A stretch of 64,000 nucleotides of DNA, taken from positions 256,001 to 320,000 of the forward strand of contig CAWFGE010000013.1 of assembly GCA_963815195.1 (NCBI GenBank), read 5' to 3'. Numbering within the stretch: position 1 is the stretch's first letter; each line of letters starts with the position of its first letter. Below are positions 62,507-64,000 of the stretch, one piece after another. Under the pieces are notes generated by a model that did no database searches, had not been told where the DNA came from, and saw only the letters and a list, made by a program, of their open reading frames with translations. Origin of the DNA: an uncultured Planctomycetaceae bacterium. GTDB lineage: Bacteria; Planctomycetota; Planctomycetia; Planctomycetales; Planctomycetaceae. The translations under genes were made by a program, and so were the position numbers.

Positions 62507-63274
62507 TTAGGAGATCCCCACCAAGACGGATCCTTGACGGGCGAGAACCGCGTCGGATTCCATTCGGCCGCCAATCGTCGGGACTTCCCGCAACGCGGCG
62601 GGTGTTTCGGAGACGATCGCTGTCACCGCAATGTGGCCGTCCACGTGCCAGGTCGTGATGCGGGAGCGGTCCTTCAATGAAGTTCCCTCATATCGGCAAT
62701 GATACGCGCCGCCCTCAACGGATAATACTTCAAACTTTCGGGGCACGAAACTTTCGCCGGTGCCCACGGCTTTATAGACGGCTTCCTTCACGGCCCAGCA
62801 CGCCGCGGCCTGGCGGGCATCGCCCCTTCGCAATCGCCGGCGCTCCTTGGCGGAAAACCAGAACACGAGCGACTGCGGGTTGAGATCTTCCGGCTCCGCC
62901 AGATCCACGCCGACGCGGATCGCGGGATTCAATGAGACGCCCACCAGCGCGCCCCGGCGGGAATGCGAAATCGAAACGTGCCACGGCTGCGGTTTTTGCT
63001 CAACGTGAACCAGCGGCCGCACCGCCCGGCCCTCACCGTCGCGGGAGAGGATTTCAATCTGCTTCCACTCCGTAAACCAAGGCAGGAGTTGCTCGGCGAG
63101 CAGCTCTTTCGCGAGCCAACGCCCGGCGAGCCATTGCCGGTGCCGGCTTTCGTCGCGGTAGCGCTCGCATTCGCGGCGTTCCGCTTCGCTCAGCCAGTCG
63201 GCCGGTTCGGTTTCCCAGGCGGGCTGGATATTTTCAAAGGATCGATAACAGACCCAAATATTACGAGACAGCAT
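62507..63274 (-). CDS. 4'-phosphopantetheinyl transferase (Sfp-like)
   Basis: LSEAE, GRWLAK, VSISHS, VGVDL, WAVKEAVYKA. Confidence 0.9.
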   Translation of the reverse strand: MLSRNIWVCYRSFENIQPAWETEPADWLSEAERRECERYRDESRHRQWLAGRWLAKELLAEQLLPWFTEWKQIEILSRDGEGRAVRPLVHVEQKPQPWHVSISHSRRGALVGVSLNPAIRVGVDLAEPEDLNPQSLVFWFSAKERRRLRRGDARQAAACWAVKEAVYKAVGTGESFVPRKFEVLSVEGGAYHCRYEGTSLKDRSRITTWHVDGHIAVTAIVSETPAALREVPTIGGRMESDAVLARQGSVLVGIS

Positions 63275-64000
63275 CGAGAGGAGCCTCTGTCACAATGACG
63301 TTTCGGTATCCCTCCACTTGGAGTATGACGGAGCCGTCTTCTCCGAAGACGGTAAAATCGAACAACGCGAGCTTGCCGGTCCGGCCCCGTTTTTTGATGT
63401 GGACCAGGCAGACTTCGCCCGGCGCGGGAGCGCGGCCGAGGCGGACGGCTTCGATTCCATCGGGAATCGACACCGCCCCCCGCAAATGCCACCAGAGCAC
63501 AACGCCGCAACTGAAAAAACAGGCATCGAGCAAAGCCGAGGGCATGACCCAGCGGCTGCCTTGCCGCCGGCCGCCGACTTCGCCCGGCGAGGGAGCGACG
63601 ATCTTGCCCCAGCCGTCTTCTTCGTCGACGGCGAACTCGCGCAGGCAGCGGAACACGGGGCCGTGATAAATCACCAGCTCGCTTTCCGGATACCAGCACA
63701 GCGTCCAGCCTGCCGGTTCCGGCGGCGGCGGAACGGCAAGAGCCGGCCGCCTGGGAGCGGTCTCGACCTGGGCCCGCAGATACGGTTTGTCCTTCAATAG
63801 CAACTGCCCGCGGCGGTTGTAAAAGTCGCAGGTGAAATCGCATTGGATCATGTCCCCTTCGGCCTGGGCGTGAACCCGCGCGGCTTGCATCTCGTCCGTA
63901 TGAAACCTGAGGCCGTTCAGGATTTCGATGTTCTTGATCCCCACGATTTCGGAATCCTCGCCCGCCAAGAGCCAGGCCGATTCCAGGATGGTTTCCAAGG
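63261..64000 (-). CDS. C-terminal polyketide synthase dehydratase (PS-DH) domain; gene extends beyond the window
   Basis: Double-hotdog features LE..W, YHGPVFRCL, ALLDACF and FDFTVFGEDG.VILQVEGY. Overlaps the PPTase start. Confidence 0.8.
   Translation of the reverse strand, partial: LETILESAWLLAGEDSEIVGIKNIEILNGLRFHTDEMQAARVHAQAEGDMIQCDFTCDFYNRRGQLLLKDKPYLRAQVETAPRRPALAVPPPPEPAGWTLCWYPESELVIYHGPVFRCLREFAVDEEDGWGKIVAPSPGEVGGRRQGSRWVMPSALLDACFFSCGVVLWWHLRGAVSIPDGIEAVRLGRAPAPGEVCLVHIKKRGRTGKLALFDFTVFGEDGSVILQVEGYRNVIVTEAPLDAVS

Overview
GC-rich bacterial DNA, almost certainly a planctomycete (DUF1549/1553-DUF1501-WD40 module, DUF2617, planctomycete-type LRR and HEAT proteins). In order: the 3' end of a large repeat-built secreted carbohydrate-binding-type protein; a 10-gene minus-strand exopolysaccharide synthesis/modification cluster (2.6-15.4 kb); DUF2617 and a DUF1549/1553-DUF1501-WD40 module; a ~23-kb minus-strand flagellar cluster (TPR protein, FlgN-like, flgBC, fliEFGHIJ, MotE-like, fliK, flgDE, flbD, motAB, fliLNOPQR, flhB); MoxR-DUF58; an LRR protein with a PKKEE tail; usp-nadB; a CPBP protease; a class I glutamine amidotransferase; tsaE; a Gfo/Idh/MocA oxidoreductase; prs; and the 3' end of a PKS locus (DH domain, PPTase, Rieske oxygenase, FabL-type enoyl reductase). 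At least 11 genes carry one small indel each, most likely long-read errors. No rRNA, tRNA, CRISPR array or transposase was seen. Most notable: an EF-hand inserted into FliR; a FliN with the FliM-type CheY-binding peptide while fliM is absent from the cluster; a large membrane-anchored TPR protein heading the flagellar operon; CTAG-flanked MITE-like elements at stop codons that carry REP doublets, plus other nested REP structures; a structured ncRNA candidate between the LRR gene and nadB; a GATase lacking its catalytic Cys behind an NrdR-like box; and the PKS/Rieske/enoyl-reductase lipid-tailoring locus. All family calls come from reading motifs by eye, not from database searches.
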